Shown: positions 12,949 to 27,594 of the stretch, in pieces
Position numbering within the stretch: the stretch's first letter is position 1
How the letters are laid out: each line of letters opens with the position of its first letter
Assembly: GCF_006345805.1 (NCBI RefSeq)
Contig: NW_021832276.1
Coordinates: 11,797-75,796 of the forward strand
Direction of reading: 5' to 3'
Source: Octopus sinensis
Lineage: Eukaryota
DNA: 64,000 nucleotides
Notes under the pieces: model-generated
Seen by the model: the letters and a program-made list of their open reading frames with translations, nothing else
The model's database searches: none
Told to the model about the DNA's origin: nothing
Made by a program: the position numbers and the translations under genes

Positions 12949-14349
12949 AAGTTATATGTATATATATATATATATGTATAAAGTGTTAAGTGTGGTATAC
13001 AGATATTGAATATTGAGAAAAAAGGTCGCCAGAACTTTGGAAAAAAATCTTTATATTTATTCCTTTTTCGTTTGTTTCTCCAGCTTGTCAAGTACAATAC
13101 TGTGAATGTACGAACAGCTTGTTCTTTTATATAAAACAAATGATTTGGAGGATTTTGTTTAGCATTGGGATGTTCTAGGTTTGCGTATATAATTTTTCTT
13201 AATTTGTAAATATTGTACTAATGTTTTTTCATGCAGAACTACAAATGGTGAAAGCAAACTACAAATTTATATAGTTAATGAGGAATTTGCTTACAAACAT
13301 ACTTAACAGTAAAGAATTTAACCTTCTAAAAGGTTGAATAGTATTATGAACTAATTCCTCTGAACTATGACCATCCCCTGTCCAGTGGGGTTGAAAAGTC
13401 AATCTCTAGTTATTGTTACAACAGTATAAAAGACCACTTGATAAAATTTAATTTGAATTGAACCCTCCATCCATGATGATGTACAAAGAAATAGCAGCCA
13501 TGGTTTTACCTCATTAACAGTCTATATTAGCCCTAGGAAAGGTTTTTACTTTTTCAAATTGATAACGCAATTTAATTGCAATAATATGAATCTAAGCAAC
13601 AAATCGAAAAACGTGTAGGCAGCATGATTTGACTATTATGATATATATATTGATTATTCTATAGATGCATTCTCCATTATCTGTGTATTGTGAAACATTT
13701 CTCCCACATCGACAAGATGATAACATCTATAGCGACAACTGCAATTTCCAAAAGAGTAGGGTACAAATTTCAAAGAAAAAACGACGATAAAAACTAGTAC
13801 ATAAGCACATGGGGAATATCCAGTATCGTTAATTGATATAGAGTTAATCTCGTGTACGCTTCAATAAATAATCCCATGAAACCGCTTTCCACACAGACAT
13901 ATATAATCACACGCATACACATGTATATATACAGACATATATATACACATACATACACACATATATATATATACACACACAGAAATATATATATATATAT
14001 ATATATATGTATACATACACACGCACACACGCGCACGTGCACACACACACATACACACATATAAGTGCATATGTATATGTTTACTCATAACGGTGTTGTA
14101 ACAAAGAGTGATGGTGGAGAATAGAAATTGTCATATGACAATCTAATCGCGTTAATGTTTAAATAGATATTAGAATATATTCGCTGGCAAGATTAAAATT
14201 GCAATTTTCTTAAACTATTATAAGTAATAAGATATATTAAATTTGTGAAATTTTTTTTAAAGTTATGACTTGTTATGACTTGTAGAAATTATTCTGTCTA
14301 CGTTATATATATACAAGACATATATATACACATACATACACACATATAT

Positions 14350-14500
14350 TTGACACTGAATTATGGAAGTCCACCTGAAGATTGTCGATCAAGACAAGAA
14401 ACGATTGTAGTGGCGTTTTTTTTTACTATTTAATTAAATTTTATGTATTAATTAAGTCCTTCCTTTGTTTGTTTTTGCAAAATAGTGGTTTTGTCTCGAA

Positions 14501-14510
<10 letters not shown>
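14350..14510 (+). mobile_element. short Penelope-like/retrozyme-type element end (hammerhead + AT-rich tail) next to (TA)n
   Basis: Tail TTTTATGTATTAATTAAGTCCTTCC...AAAATAGTGGTTTTGTCTCGAAT is shared with both arms of the inverted repeat at 42010-42176. Confidence 0.65.
14371..14413 (+). ncRNA. minimal type I hammerhead ribozyme, canonical core
   Basis: Stem I CCAC/GTGG; core CTGAAGA (14375-81); stem II TTGTC-GATCAA-GACAA; GAAA (14398-401); stem III C-GATT-G; GUA triplet with cleavage predicted after 14409. Confidence 0.85.
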
Positions 14511-14538
<28 letters not shown>

Positions 14539-14542
14539 TTAC

Positions 14543-15229
14543 AACTTAATGCCAGTATAAATAACAGTTCACAGCTGCCTAATCCATAAGTGGCTTTCGA
14601 AGGTTCGCTTCTCTTAATCATTCAAACTAGGTCTCTTATTTGAAGAAGACCCACGAATTTCCTCCCCTTTCCTAATCTGTCAGGGTTCCTGCAAAATAAT
14701 AATGGTAGCTACTATTCAAGATCTCACTACGCCATAAAAAATAAAATCTTTTATCAACAAATTAATGGAATTTTCAAGCAAAAGTCTCCATCTTTTGATT
14801 GAAACGTTAGATTATTCTATGAACTAAAGCTATAATCACCTTAATCAGTTTATTCTTTATTTTGTTCTATTCATTACTCAAGGCTTTAACAACAAAACTG
14901 AATTATAAGCCATAGTGAAAAAAAGTATAAACAATCTTAACAGTAAAGAAAGTTTATGAATCTCGTATAAGATTTCTTTCACTTAATTCATGTATTTCTC
15001 ACAAGAAATAATAATGAAATAAAAAATAAACTATGTTTAATTTTAAATGATTTTAAACACAGAGCTTTACGAGTTTACAGTTTTTTCATGAACAGATTGC
15101 TTTTTAGATTACTACACAATGATAGTGTTACAGTTACGTAATTCCCATTTGCTTTAGTATGTCCTGAGATCTTCGTTGGTTGCAGACACATCACGAAGCA
15201 AGTCTTTGAAACGTTGCTTCCTCGGTTGT
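14543..15229 (-). repeat. inverted duplicate of 10209-10899
   Basis: Near-identical, differing mainly by 1-2 nt indels; starts at a (TA)n array. Confidence 0.95.
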
Positions 15230-15289
15230 CCTTTGCTTTTAAAATCAACTGCTTTTATCTCAAACGATCTAAACGGACTCTAACTCTCC

Positions 15290-15967
<678 letters not shown>

Positions 15968-15969
15968 AT

Positions 15970-16187
15970 ACGACCGCGAGTTCGCTGCCCTATCCACTAG
16001 GCCATTGCGCCTCCACACATTTTCTTATATTTAATTCAATGATTTCGGTTAGTTGCACAATCATTATATATATATATATATATATATATAATGATTGTGC
16101 AACTAACCGAAATCATTTGAATTAAATATAAGAAAAATGTGTGGAGGCGCAATGGCCTAGTGGATAGGGCAGCGAACTCGCGGTCGT
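15970..16187. repeat. near-perfect hairpin: ~97 bp arms around a (TA)n centre
   Basis: 15970-16066 is a direct copy of 15771-15866; 16090-16187 is its reverse complement. Confidence 0.95.
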
Positions 16188-16258
16188 ATAATATATAATA
16201 GATAATATATATATATATATTATATTATATATATATATATATATATTATATTATATAT

Positions 16259-16291
<33 letters not shown>

Positions 16292-16339
16292 GATTGTGCA
16301 ACTAACCGAAATCATTTGAATTAAATATAGAAAAAATGT

Positions 16340-16640
16340 GTGGAGGCGCAATGGCCTAGTGGATAGGGCAGCGAACTCGCGGTCGTAGGATCGCGGTTTC
16401 GATTCCCAGACCGGGCGTTGTGTGTGTTTAATGAGCGAAAACACCTTAAAGCTCCACGTGGCTCCGGAAGGGGGGGGTGATCCCTGCTGTACTCTTTCAC
16501 CACTCTTTCTCTCTCTCTTTCTTCTGTTGGCCTGCTCGCTTAGCCAGCGGGGTGGCGTCATTCGAAGGCTAAAACAATGCGAACGCATTGTGACCAGCGA
16601 TGTGTAGCAACATCTGATGGTCTGGTCGGTCATGTGTGAT
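16340..16640 (+). mobile_element. tRNA-derived SINE family C, full length
   Basis: A box TGGCCTAGTGG, B box GTTTCGATTCC, body GATCCCTGCTGTACTCTTTCACCAC, tail GCATTGTGACCAGCGATGTGTAGCAACATCTGATGG; further copy at 44620-44790. Confidence 0.9.
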
Positions 16641-17072
16641 GTGATAAGAAGAATGTATACGCAAAATGGAAGAACTACATAGAATTTATTTCAAACAAAG
16701 AAATGAACGATAAGGTTATATAGGGAGCTAGCTCACACGAAGAAATAAAACAAAATTTTAACTACAGTAATATACGTACATACACAAACTCACTTATATA
16801 TATATATACACATATTATGGCTCAAAAAGCAGAACAGAGGTGGGGAAAGAAAGTACTTGTTTCAACGGTTGTCAGTCGTATGAACTGCTCTTTGGTAGTG
16901 AATCATAATGATGGTACTACCCTGATGAGGTGATGAAAATGATCATTGTTAATTATCAATCGTCAATACTCATACGTTCATATGCTATAATATATATTTC
17001 TATTTCTACGGTTAAGATATTTAGCAAAGGCCTTAAGCAGTTCAGTCCTTTATCAATATTTCTAAACGTTAA

Positions 17073-17288
17073 GGCGGCGAGCTGGCAAAAACGTTAGGCA
17101 GCCCGGCGAAATGCTCAGCGGTATTTTCTCTGTCTTTACGTTCTGGGTTCAAATTTCGCCGAGGTCGACTCTGCCTTTCATCCTTTCAGGGTCGATAAAT
17201 TAAGTACCAGTTATGTACTGGAGTCGATCTAATCGACTGGCCCGCTCCCCCAAAATTTCGAGCCTTGTGTCTAGAGTAGAAAAGAATA
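17073..17288 (+). mobile_element. SINE family A (Meta-like core), full length
   Basis: GGCGGCGAGCTGGC head, GGGTTCAAATTTC B box, GCCTTTCATCCTTTCAGGGTCGATAAATTAAGTACCAG core. Confidence 0.9.
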
Positions 17289-19160
17289 TTTTTAAACGTT
17301 AATAGTCTAATGAAATGATATTTGTTGGTATTGTTTCAATGTTTTAATGTGAATAGTCAATATGATAGCTGTAGATGTGATATGATTCATTATATATATG
17401 TGTGTGCGTATGTATTTATACATATATGTACCCAAACACACATATATAAATATATTTTCCTCAAGAATGGAGGGAACGGAAAGTGACAGTTATGACAAGA
17501 TCATTACGTTAATTTATAAATAGATTTTAGAATTTCATATCAGTAAAAGCAAAGTTTATTACAATTCTCTCACTCTGTTAAACAAACCACTTAGTTGTTA
17601 ATATTTTGTCCACATCTGGTATTTTTCTAGATGTAGCGTTAAGTTTCTGCTAATTCTTCACGGGTTTCATCTAGACAAAATTGCTAATTTTATTAAAGCT
17701 TGTGATAAAATATAACATTTTGGAGACCTATGAAAATACAAAAGTGTTTTAGTCTAGGCTGCAATATCAAAGACATAATTTTAAGAGATGTAAATTAAAT
17801 TGTTTAGCATAAAATGTGAGCAGAAATTATATACAAAATAAATAAACAAGAAAACGAGAAATTTCTTTCAGAATGGGAAGATGGAAAGATTTTAAAATAC
17901 TTATTAAAACATACCTTAATTCTGCAAATTAAATAAATAAATAAATGATAAAGAAAAAACTCACAACATTTATGATATTCGACTGTTGTGACAGTTCCCC
18001 AGAAAAATAGACGATTCGTAGGAAAAATAATAGTCATAATACAAGACACAGCTAAAATAAACGCGCAGTAATGTCACAGACATGAAATTCTAATTAAAGA
18101 CTCATATATTGGTAGTAAATTTTAATATTATTAAATGGGGATTCGCAAATATAAAAAAGTAACATCAGAGGCCAAATGAGATATTACTAAAGATGAGACT
18201 ATGACAGTCAGGAAATGTTGATGAGTGGATTAGAGAACTGTGCTAATCGAATGTCTGCAAAGCACACATACGGAATTATCATTAAGCGTCAGAAATATCT
18301 TGCATTACTTATTTACGGTGTTTCCCGTTCTAATTTCAAATCTCATCGTGGTGAATTTTGCGTTTATTCTTTTAGGGGAACTTATAAATTAAAATGTCGG
18401 TTAAAAAGTGGATGTGATTTATTTAACTATATCTTCACAGAACAGTGTGGCCATTGTCAGTAAAATAAATCAATAATTATTTATTTTTTGTTATATCTTT
18501 CATCAGTATCTCGATTGCATCTCTGACTGGCCAAATTATGTTGCGGGGGAAAAAAAATTTTGAAACGGATATTAAAGTTTAAAAAGAATCAAAACTAATT
18601 TTGTTTTGCTGTAGGTTAAAAGAATTGAATACAAAGACTGATAGGAAATAATGACAAGAAAAATTAATTAAAAAAATCTCGTAACATACAGCTAGCACTG
18701 CACCAACCTATATTTCTATGTCAAAGCTAGATTGAATATGTCAGAAATACAATTTCTTATATATTCAATCATTAATTCGAGCATTAATTCAAACAAAAGA
18801 TTTGTGCACATATATCTGAACAGAAACTTTATACAGTAAAAAAACAAAAAACAAATAATAAAATGAATTTAGATTTATTTGATAATATACTATATCATTC
18901 TAGTCTTTTACTAATTTCAATCTTTGGACTGCGGTCATACTGTCAAGCCGATTCACAGTACATATTTTTACTCTAATACTTATTCTTTTTTCGAACACAT
19001 TTTTATTACCATGCTCACACTTGTTCTCCAGCGATGAGGAACAAACGCATACATGCTGGCGCGCACACACGCTTACGAACACACAGACACACATGCATAC
19101 ACACACGCTCACTCACACATATATGTGTATATATTGTGTATATATATGTATGTATGTATG

Positions 19161-19238
<78 letters not shown>

Positions 19239-22200
19239 GTCTGTTTACTGTTGATATACAAGACGGCCCTCCGAATGTTTCCGCCAACCAAATTCATAAG
19301 GTACTGGCGAGTATTGAGAATGAAAGCAAAACACTTGGTCCAAAACTAAAATTGTTAACTGCACAAAGATTACGTATCACTTGTATTTCTCAATCGAAAC
19401 CTATGTAAAACGTCTCCTTCGGGAAAGAACAACACAGTTAAAAAGTTACACTGTACCTCATACTATTCCCCGCCGCATTTTAAGAAGGGTTACTCAGTAA
19501 CACGGAACTGTGTCTGAACATTTGTGGGTCGCATATAATCGTCCTAATGAGTATTTTTTCGTAATGGGTATGAACGATCAGATCTGAGGTCGGGCTTCGC
19601 AAAAAGGAAGCTTTTGTTTCTTCTAGTGATCATATGATGCTTAGGTGGAATTAATGTTAGGATAAGGCTTAAATGCATGACAGTAGAAATATATTATTTC
19701 TTGCAGTCAAAATGGCAACGTAGAAAATAGGACTATGATGTTAGGAGAAAAATCGAATTTGGTTTGTGATGAAAAATGTAATGGTGGTTAGCAGCTGGTC
19801 GAAACCCTTTCGTTATAGAATAAATATCAGTTAACATAAGGTCACATTTTACAGAGAAACGCAGAAACGCTAGGCGATTGAATCGATATTAATGTATAAC
19901 TAGTTTTTATTTTACCTACCACACCGTGACTTTCCGCTAAGTATCAAGAGGAAGAAAGCTAAGTAGCGTAAGGCACTTAATCCAACTTTCTACACTTTCT
20001 GACAAGCCGTCCTCCTTATCATACAACAAATATAGATATCAAGAATTTGACAAAAAGAAATTGGGTAAGGTGGGAAATAACAGACATAACACAGTCATCG
20101 TTTTTATCAATAGACAAATCGGTGGTCGTCTTTGAGAATGTAATTCATTTGCTTTTCTGTCTGGTTCATCAGATCTTATGTAAATACCACTGGTGAACGA
20201 AAAAGTAGCAAATTTCAGAAAGCAAATATACAAATATTGTTCAAGAAATGAAATTTTAATCCTCATAAGCTATAATGAAATATAAATAATTCTCTTACTA
20301 GGTTACCAAACAATTTCTTTCGAATTATAAATTAAAACGAATCTATAAGTATATAAAGAAATACATATTATTGCTTTATCATTTCGATATTGTTGATTCT
20401 GCAGAGAAAACTCTAACCGTATTCGTGATGTATGAATTTGAATTCTTCAGATATTGGTAGATTTTAGTATTAAAGTATTGAGAAATTGATAAGAAACTAA
20501 ATCTTTCCATGTTCATCAATGCTAACCATTAAGTTAATATTGTTCAGAATTTCTTTTTATCGGGTTTCTTACTTGCTTTTCGATGGTTCATATGCCGGAG
20601 CATGTTGGCATGTGGCCTATCGCCCGCATTTACATCATCCTGTTTCCAGTTAAACTATTCCATCCTTTTCACTAGGTGTATCAATGGTCCAATCACCTTT
20701 ACTGATAACAAATGCCGGATATGTTAACTTTATCCTTGACACACTATATTAGCTATGATGTTCTCAGTGGGCGCTACAAACTATACGTGGTTATTTTTAT
20801 GAAAATAAATATACACTTACCTTTTATAGATTCTACGCCACATATTTCCAAAATACATGGCGGGCTTAACTGCAAATGTTGCATAGGTTAACACTACCAC
20901 CTGTTTTCACCAGGATTCATTTCTGACAAAATATTCTGGCTAGATAACTGTTCCTTCTCTACACATGCTTTACTCGTAAGTATCGTGTTAGCAGATTAAC
21001 TGTAATCTTCTCCCAGGTTTCTGATGCACTGTCTTCTACCTTGCTAGAGTTCCACAAAGGAATGGCTACGTCAAAGAATTTAAAGCTCAATACTAAAACC
21101 TTTGTGTATTGCTTCGCATGTAGATGTTTTATTGACAATGAAGATAAGACCATCTTCTTACAATTAAAGCCAGAGTTATATTGTAAATACGTAATCCATG
21201 AAGAGAGAAAAATCAGACGTAACCGAGGGGAAAATACAATGGTAATTTTGTGGAAGAAAACAAACGAAAATAAGAGACAAGGAATATTTTGGAAGATAAT
21301 GGACTTTGATAATTCCATTGGTTAAGGGCGAGATGAACACCACATGGAAGTATCAGAAAGAAGCAACGTCAAGGGTCAGTGCTTAAAAAAGAAGTTATGT
21401 GTAAAATCCATAGTACACATTACTAAATTGCTGTACAGGACAATAAGAGTGTGGTGAGAGGATTCTTTTAGCGTTACGTCTAGAAGTTTATCTAGGTTGG
21501 TTTTGCGGGCTCAAGTTCTGGTTCTGCTGATGATTATGTAATCTGGTTCAAAACAATCAAACAAACTACATCACAAGTGGAGGAGCAGCTAAGAGTATAA
21601 GTATCCCTGGTATAGACAACAGAAATAAGAACAATTCAACTCTGTGCATTTAATGAAGTGTCCTGTTTGAAATTACGAAAACTGAAGAAGACGGCAAAAT
21701 ACAACAGTCGAATTATTGAGATGATAACAGTGAAAATGATGAGAGTAGTCAGAATATATAAGTGTATAATAATAGATTTGCATCTCAGAAACACAGACAG
21801 AGAAATCAAAAAGAATGACATGTGAAAAAAGACGGCAATAAATTAGAGAGGAATAAACACATACAAGACTAGATGACAAAAAGCCATATAATTGCTATCC
21901 GTTACTTTTTGTCAAAACAGCAAATTTGCTAAAGTCTCAACAGTGATCAAAGACTGGTAAAATATTAGTAGGATTATTATAATTCACATAGATGTCTTTA
22001 AAGATTAAGTAACATGTCATCAACATTGATTAGAGACAGAAGAAAAGCAAAATACTATCTAGTTTATTATGAGTTGGACAACATATTAAGCATATTTTTT
22101 GTGGCTTTCACAGATTTCTATGATAACAGACAAATTCACACAAACATACAGACACATTTTTGCATATTTTTGTACATACATACACATACATATATATAAA

Positions 22201-22322
22201 TATATATGTGGGAGGTGTTTGAGTGTGTGTTCATATATATGCATACCTATATGTATACATGTATGCATGAATATATATATATGTATATATACACACACAC
22301 ACATATATATATACAAACACAC

Positions 22323-22445
22323 CTCAAAGACGCACCTCGTTCTAGCCGTCCAGTTCGATGAAGAGCGATTAAACCAACTTTTGCGCGAAAATACACGTCA
22401 AACGACAAGGGAACTAGCGGAGAAAATGGAATGCTCCCACACAAA
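22323..22445 (+). mobile_element. mariner transposase fragment (second HTH region)
   Basis: LKDAPRSSRPV / FDEERLNQLLRENTRQTTRELAEKMECSHT matches the mariner L.D.PRSGRP...TTRELA motif; followed by a 24 bp tandem duplication. Confidence 0.8.
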
Positions 22446-23108
22446 TACGCAAATATGCTCCCACACAAATACGCAAACAACGTTAGAAAGAATTGCAAAT
22501 AGGATAAGCAACACAAAGAACGACCCTTCATCAGTTGTCTGCTGTCTATCACACGCACGCACACACACACACACGTAGGTGTATGTGTCTACGTGTGTGT
22601 ATTGTATATATATATACACATATGTATAGATAGAGAGATTGAAAAATAGTTTGGTATGCATTTGTCATGAAGTTGCAATAAGATGATGACAGCTGTGAAT
22701 GATAAAGCACACTCTAAATGCAAATATTATAATTTGTTCCAAATGTTCAAGCATCCCCTCAAAACTGCTTGAACAATTTCGGTCACCAATGAAGTGGAAA
22801 GGGTTGAGATATAAAGCAGCTGTCATGTATAATACAAAATATGATGGTAAGGTGCGCTGTGTTCTTAAAAAACGCAATTTATCTCACTTTGATCTGGTAT
22901 CACCACATCTGAGGCATGGCAAATCATACACCTGTACAGGTACTGTCCAGTCTGTATAGAAATTGATCAATATACAGCACAAACATTTGCTTTAGTCACT
23001 AGAAGCGAATCATCTTCGCAAGGTGGTCAACAAAAAAATCGCAAAGCACACAAGTGAAGTCTACGACAGGAGAACGCACGCGTGTGTATATATATATGTA
23101 TATAATCA

Positions 23109-23166
<58 letters not shown>

Positions 23167-23408
23167 AATGTATAAATGTATATATGTATGTATATACGTA
23201 TATATATATAATATATAGTAATTATATATATATATATTATATATATATATATATTGTCATCAAAAAAGGGGGTAGAATAATTAATTGTTAATAAATTCGA
23301 CAACAGTATTCGGTATGTAAAGACCATTTACGGTGTATTACTTATAAATTAATATTTTTATAAATTTTATAAATTAATACTTTTTATAAATTAATTTTTA
23401 TAAATTTT

Positions 23409-23493
<85 letters not shown>

Positions 23494-24060
23494 TACATAC
23501 ATACTTATCTTCGAAACGCGGATGGATGAAACAACAGTGACAACTGATGAAGGGGAATGTTCTCTATGTTGCATGTCTCGTTTCTCTATTTGATTTGTTT
23601 TTCGTTATTCAAAAACAGGTTCGTTTTCCTATGATTTTGTTTTTATGTTTTTGTTTTGTGATTGTGTCTACGTTTTTTGATGTCCTGTACACATATATGC
23701 ATGTATATATACATATATATGTAGGTGTATGTACATATACGTATGTATATAAAACGTATATTTATATTTGTTTTATATTATTATATGATCGAACTCCACA
23801 ATCCCTTTCCAGTAAGTATAATATTATATATATATAATATAATATAGATATATATATATGAGAGAGAGAGAGAGAGAAAAAGAGAGAAAGAAAAGAGAGA
23901 TTATAGATTATATTATAGATTACACAACACACGTTTGTGTGTGTATGAATATAAACACACACATCACTGTGAAATACCATGTGTGTATGCGTGTATGATT
24001 GTATCCAACTATATGTATAAACACTACCACACACAACGCAACACATATATATATATATAT

Positions 24061-24404
24061 CCACATATATATGTATTCATATATATACATATATGTGTAT
24101 GTGCATATACATACATATGCGTATATATCTGTGTATGCGTATCGATATATATATATATGTATAAATCTCCGAATAAAAGCATTTAATATATATGCATATG
24201 TATGTGTGTTGCTATGTGTGTTGTTTTAGTTGTCCACATATATATGTATTCATATATATACATATATATGTATGTGCATATACATACATATGCGTATATA
24301 TCTGTGTATGCGTCTCGATATATATATATGTGTAAATCTCCGAATAAAAGTATTTAATATATATGCATATGTATGTGTGTTGCTATGTGTGTTGTTTTAG
24401 TTGT
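24061..24404 (+). repeat. tandem duplication, ~173 bp unit
   Basis: 24061-24233 repeated at 24234-24404 with a few substitutions. Confidence 0.93.
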
Positions 24405-24868
24405 CGGTGTGTATGTGTCGGTGTGAAAGTGCATGCGCGTGTTTACGTGCTTCATATATTTTATTGCGATCATTTAGCGGAAACTAAAGCATAGAAATTA
24501 TTTTTGAAAGATTGTATTCGAGAAAACTGGATAAGAAATTGCTTCAAGCGTAAAAATTAATCACATTTGATTACACGAATTCTTGCATAACTTTACGAAA
24601 CCTACACCATGCTGAATGTATATGTTCTCTTGGTTATATATACATTGTTATATACCGGAGTTGCTATCTTTTTGTACATAAAACATTTGCTAACTATTGT
24701 CTATTGTAGACAATCTTTTCAAGAGTTTTCTTTCTTCTCCACATTCACATCACTATCAATATACTTTCCTCAATCTCACCTTCCTTAGCTTATTCAATCA
24801 TTCTTCCAATATGTCACGACGAAGAATACATAAGTTTTGTTTACAAAATGTGCGTATGCTCCCTGCCA

Positions 24869-24869
<1 letters not shown>

Positions 24870-24948
<79 letters not shown>

Positions 24949-24976
24949 GACCGATCTATCAATCTATCTATCTATC
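24870..24976. repeat. (TATC)n microsatellite
   Basis: Direct reading; similar arrays at 59790-59898 and 62283-62443. Confidence 0.97.
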
Positions 24977-25275
24977 TGTGTGTGTGTGTGAGTGTATGTG
25001 TGTGTGAGTGTAAGTGAGTGTCTGAGTGTATAAATATATAGTATGTATGTATATATATACACGCTAATATCGAACAGCGCGAACGAGTGTCTATACCGCA
25101 TTGCTACCATGTAGCAGTCGGCCAAAATGAACCACAAGTAAGCTATATATATATATATATATATATATAGACATACATATATATACATAAATACATACAT
25201 ATATATATAGGGTACCGCACGAGTGGAATTATATACGAAAGAAGGTTTGAAAATGCAATTTTAAAAGATGTTTAT

Positions 25276-25320
25276 TTACTTTACCGGTTTCACTCTTTGG
25301 AAAAAGATTGTCAAAAGTAA
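25276..25320 (-). ncRNA. hammerhead-like fold with variant or decayed core
   Basis: Minus strand: TTACTT TTGACAA TCTTT-TTCC-AAAGA GT GAAA CCGG TA AAGTAA; 6-bp stem I, 5-bp stem II, palindromic ACCGGT stem III. Confidence 0.6.
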
Positions 25321-26042
25321 CATGTAGAAGTTTGGTTGCGTTAATTATTGGTTGTTACAAATTGCTACATTACATATATACAATCTTTGGTAACAGGGAC
25401 ATGTTAAGGACATAAAAAAGTTTAACAAGTTCCTTAAAATATTGGGCACAAAAGATTACTACATAAATAATCATTCTCAAGAACACGTTTGAGATAGTTT
25501 CCAAAAGGAATTATTAAAAAGTTCAGTGGGATATTGGTATTGGTATTGTATCTGTATATTCAAACACGCACAGAATATTGGTTGACACAGAGTACTACAA
25601 TACATATATATACACATTCTTTGGTGACAAGAGCATGTTGAGAACATAAAAAAGTTTATGTTTTTTATGATTTCAGATTTTTTAGCAAATAATATCGCTT
25701 GCCATCTTTTAATAGATAATTTAGCAAGACCATATTATCTACCAGGCGAATCCTCGTCAGTAACCGGCCTAAACAACTAACTTATATAAACCATGGTATA
25801 ACCGGTATATAACAAGGTAAAGGTTTTTATATTTCATTTACTTCGAAATTTGCTATAAAATTGTGGTTTTTGACCGTGTTGACTGCTATTTCTAGCATGT
25901 AAAATTACCTGTTAAAGGGTAATTTTCTATTTTGAAGTACGAATATGTTGTCTATTGAATTACCACACAACCACTCCTGCGCCTGTCTACATAAATTTCA
26001 TAATTTAGCATCAAAAGTATACAGTGTACGTGATTTGACTGC

Positions 26043-26087
<45 letters not shown>

Positions 26088-26559
26088 GTAATCAAAATAA
26101 CGTTATTAAAAAATCTGTGTTAAAAGCAAAGCAAACCTGCTTTGCCTTACTTCCCTGAACAGGAAGAACTTTCATGCTATACCGTCTAAATTTGTTTTAA
26201 GTCGATACTGCACTACTGAAATAAAACACACAGCACATGTTTAGTGATGCTACAGGAGTTTGGTACTGTATAAAACAAACGAAAGATGCAATGCAAGCAT
26301 TTTGTCGTTTCGTTTATACTTTTTAGTATTTCAGATCAATAACCCCATTTCAAACATCAGTTGAGCAAGTTTATCAACTTTTGTATAGATCAGATATCAC
26401 GTATTTATATCACCTATTCTATGATAAATATAGTGACACAGGCGATTTTGAATAATGATATCCTCATTTGCTACAACCTATATTTTTTTTATGGGATTGT
26501 CACAAGAATCTATTGATTTTTCTAAGCTTCTAACATCTTTCGTTCAACAAATCATTAGA

Positions 26560-26634
26560 TGTTTATTATCATCGTCATTCTTCTTCTTCTTATTATTATT
26601 ATTATTATCATTATTATTATTATTATCATCATCA

Positions 26635-26675
<41 letters not shown>

Positions 26676-26872
26676 ATCATCATCATCATCATTATTATTA
26701 TTATTATTATCATCATCATTATTATTATTCTTATCATCATTATTTTATTCTCATCATCATCATCATCCTTCTTCTCCTTCTCCTCCTCCTTCTCCTCCTT
26801 CTTCTCCTCCTCCTCCTTCTTCTTCTTCTTATTTTTTATTCTTCTTCTTCTTATTATTATTATTATTAGTAC

Positions 26873-26926
<54 letters not shown>

Positions 26927-27010
26927 TATTATTATTATTGTTATTATTATTAGTACTATTATTATTATTATTGTTATTATTATTATTATTATCATCATCA
27001 TCATCATCAC
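26560..27010. repeat. ~450 bp compound trinucleotide array (TTA/TCA/TCT/TCC)n
   Basis: Direct reading; explains the poly-I/N/D/E ORFs. Confidence 0.97.
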
Positions 27011-27511
27011 GTGCTTTCACTGCTCCGCCGACCGCTCTGTGTTTGGAACAGTGTAGCAAAAACGTTATTGCAAGAAACAAACTGAGCAGATGATATAATT
27101 GATGTCGTGTTTTAGGGACTATTCAGTTATTCTGTTATAGAAATACATATTAATCTCATAAAATACAAGTAAAATGACATATAATGGGTGTATATACATG
27201 AAAATATAAAAAAAGATTTATTGTACAAAGTATCCAGCCTCATAAAACATTATATTTAGGCAAGGAAAGAATGAAAATGATATATATATATATGTGTGTG
27301 TGTGTGTGTTTGTGTGTGTATAGATGGAAAGAGAGAATGTGAGAGAGAGACGAAGAAGAACAAAGTGAACTAGTTAGACACACAAAACAAACACACTGCG
27401 TACAGTTATGAACGTGTGCTTCAGGCAAATATAGAGATACATGACAAAACATCCACACATAGATACATACTCATATATATATATATATTAATAACTACAG
27501 CTGGGTTGTGG

Positions 27512-27594
27512 TTCACTACAACTGTTTCAGACGTGTCTTTTGTTGGAGCATAGAAGTTTTTTCATCATGCAAAGTACCGCTTGTATTAAGTGAA
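27512..27594 (-). ncRNA. decayed hammerhead relic
   Basis: Minus strand: TTCAC TTAATAC ...long spacer... GAAA CAGTTG TA GTGAA; stem I pairs and stem III ACAGUUGU is self-complementary, but the CUGANGA box is mutated. Confidence 0.4.

Noticed and set aside
16920-16960. CTGATGA box (similar boxes at 11168, 20170-, 25755-, 42524, 58222)
   Set aside because: No stem II closing on GAAA together with a pairing stem I; expected by chance
20560-21540. Non-microsatellite ORFs 20959..21318 and 21041..21325
   Set aside because: No recognisable domain or splice context; probably decayed LINE sequence
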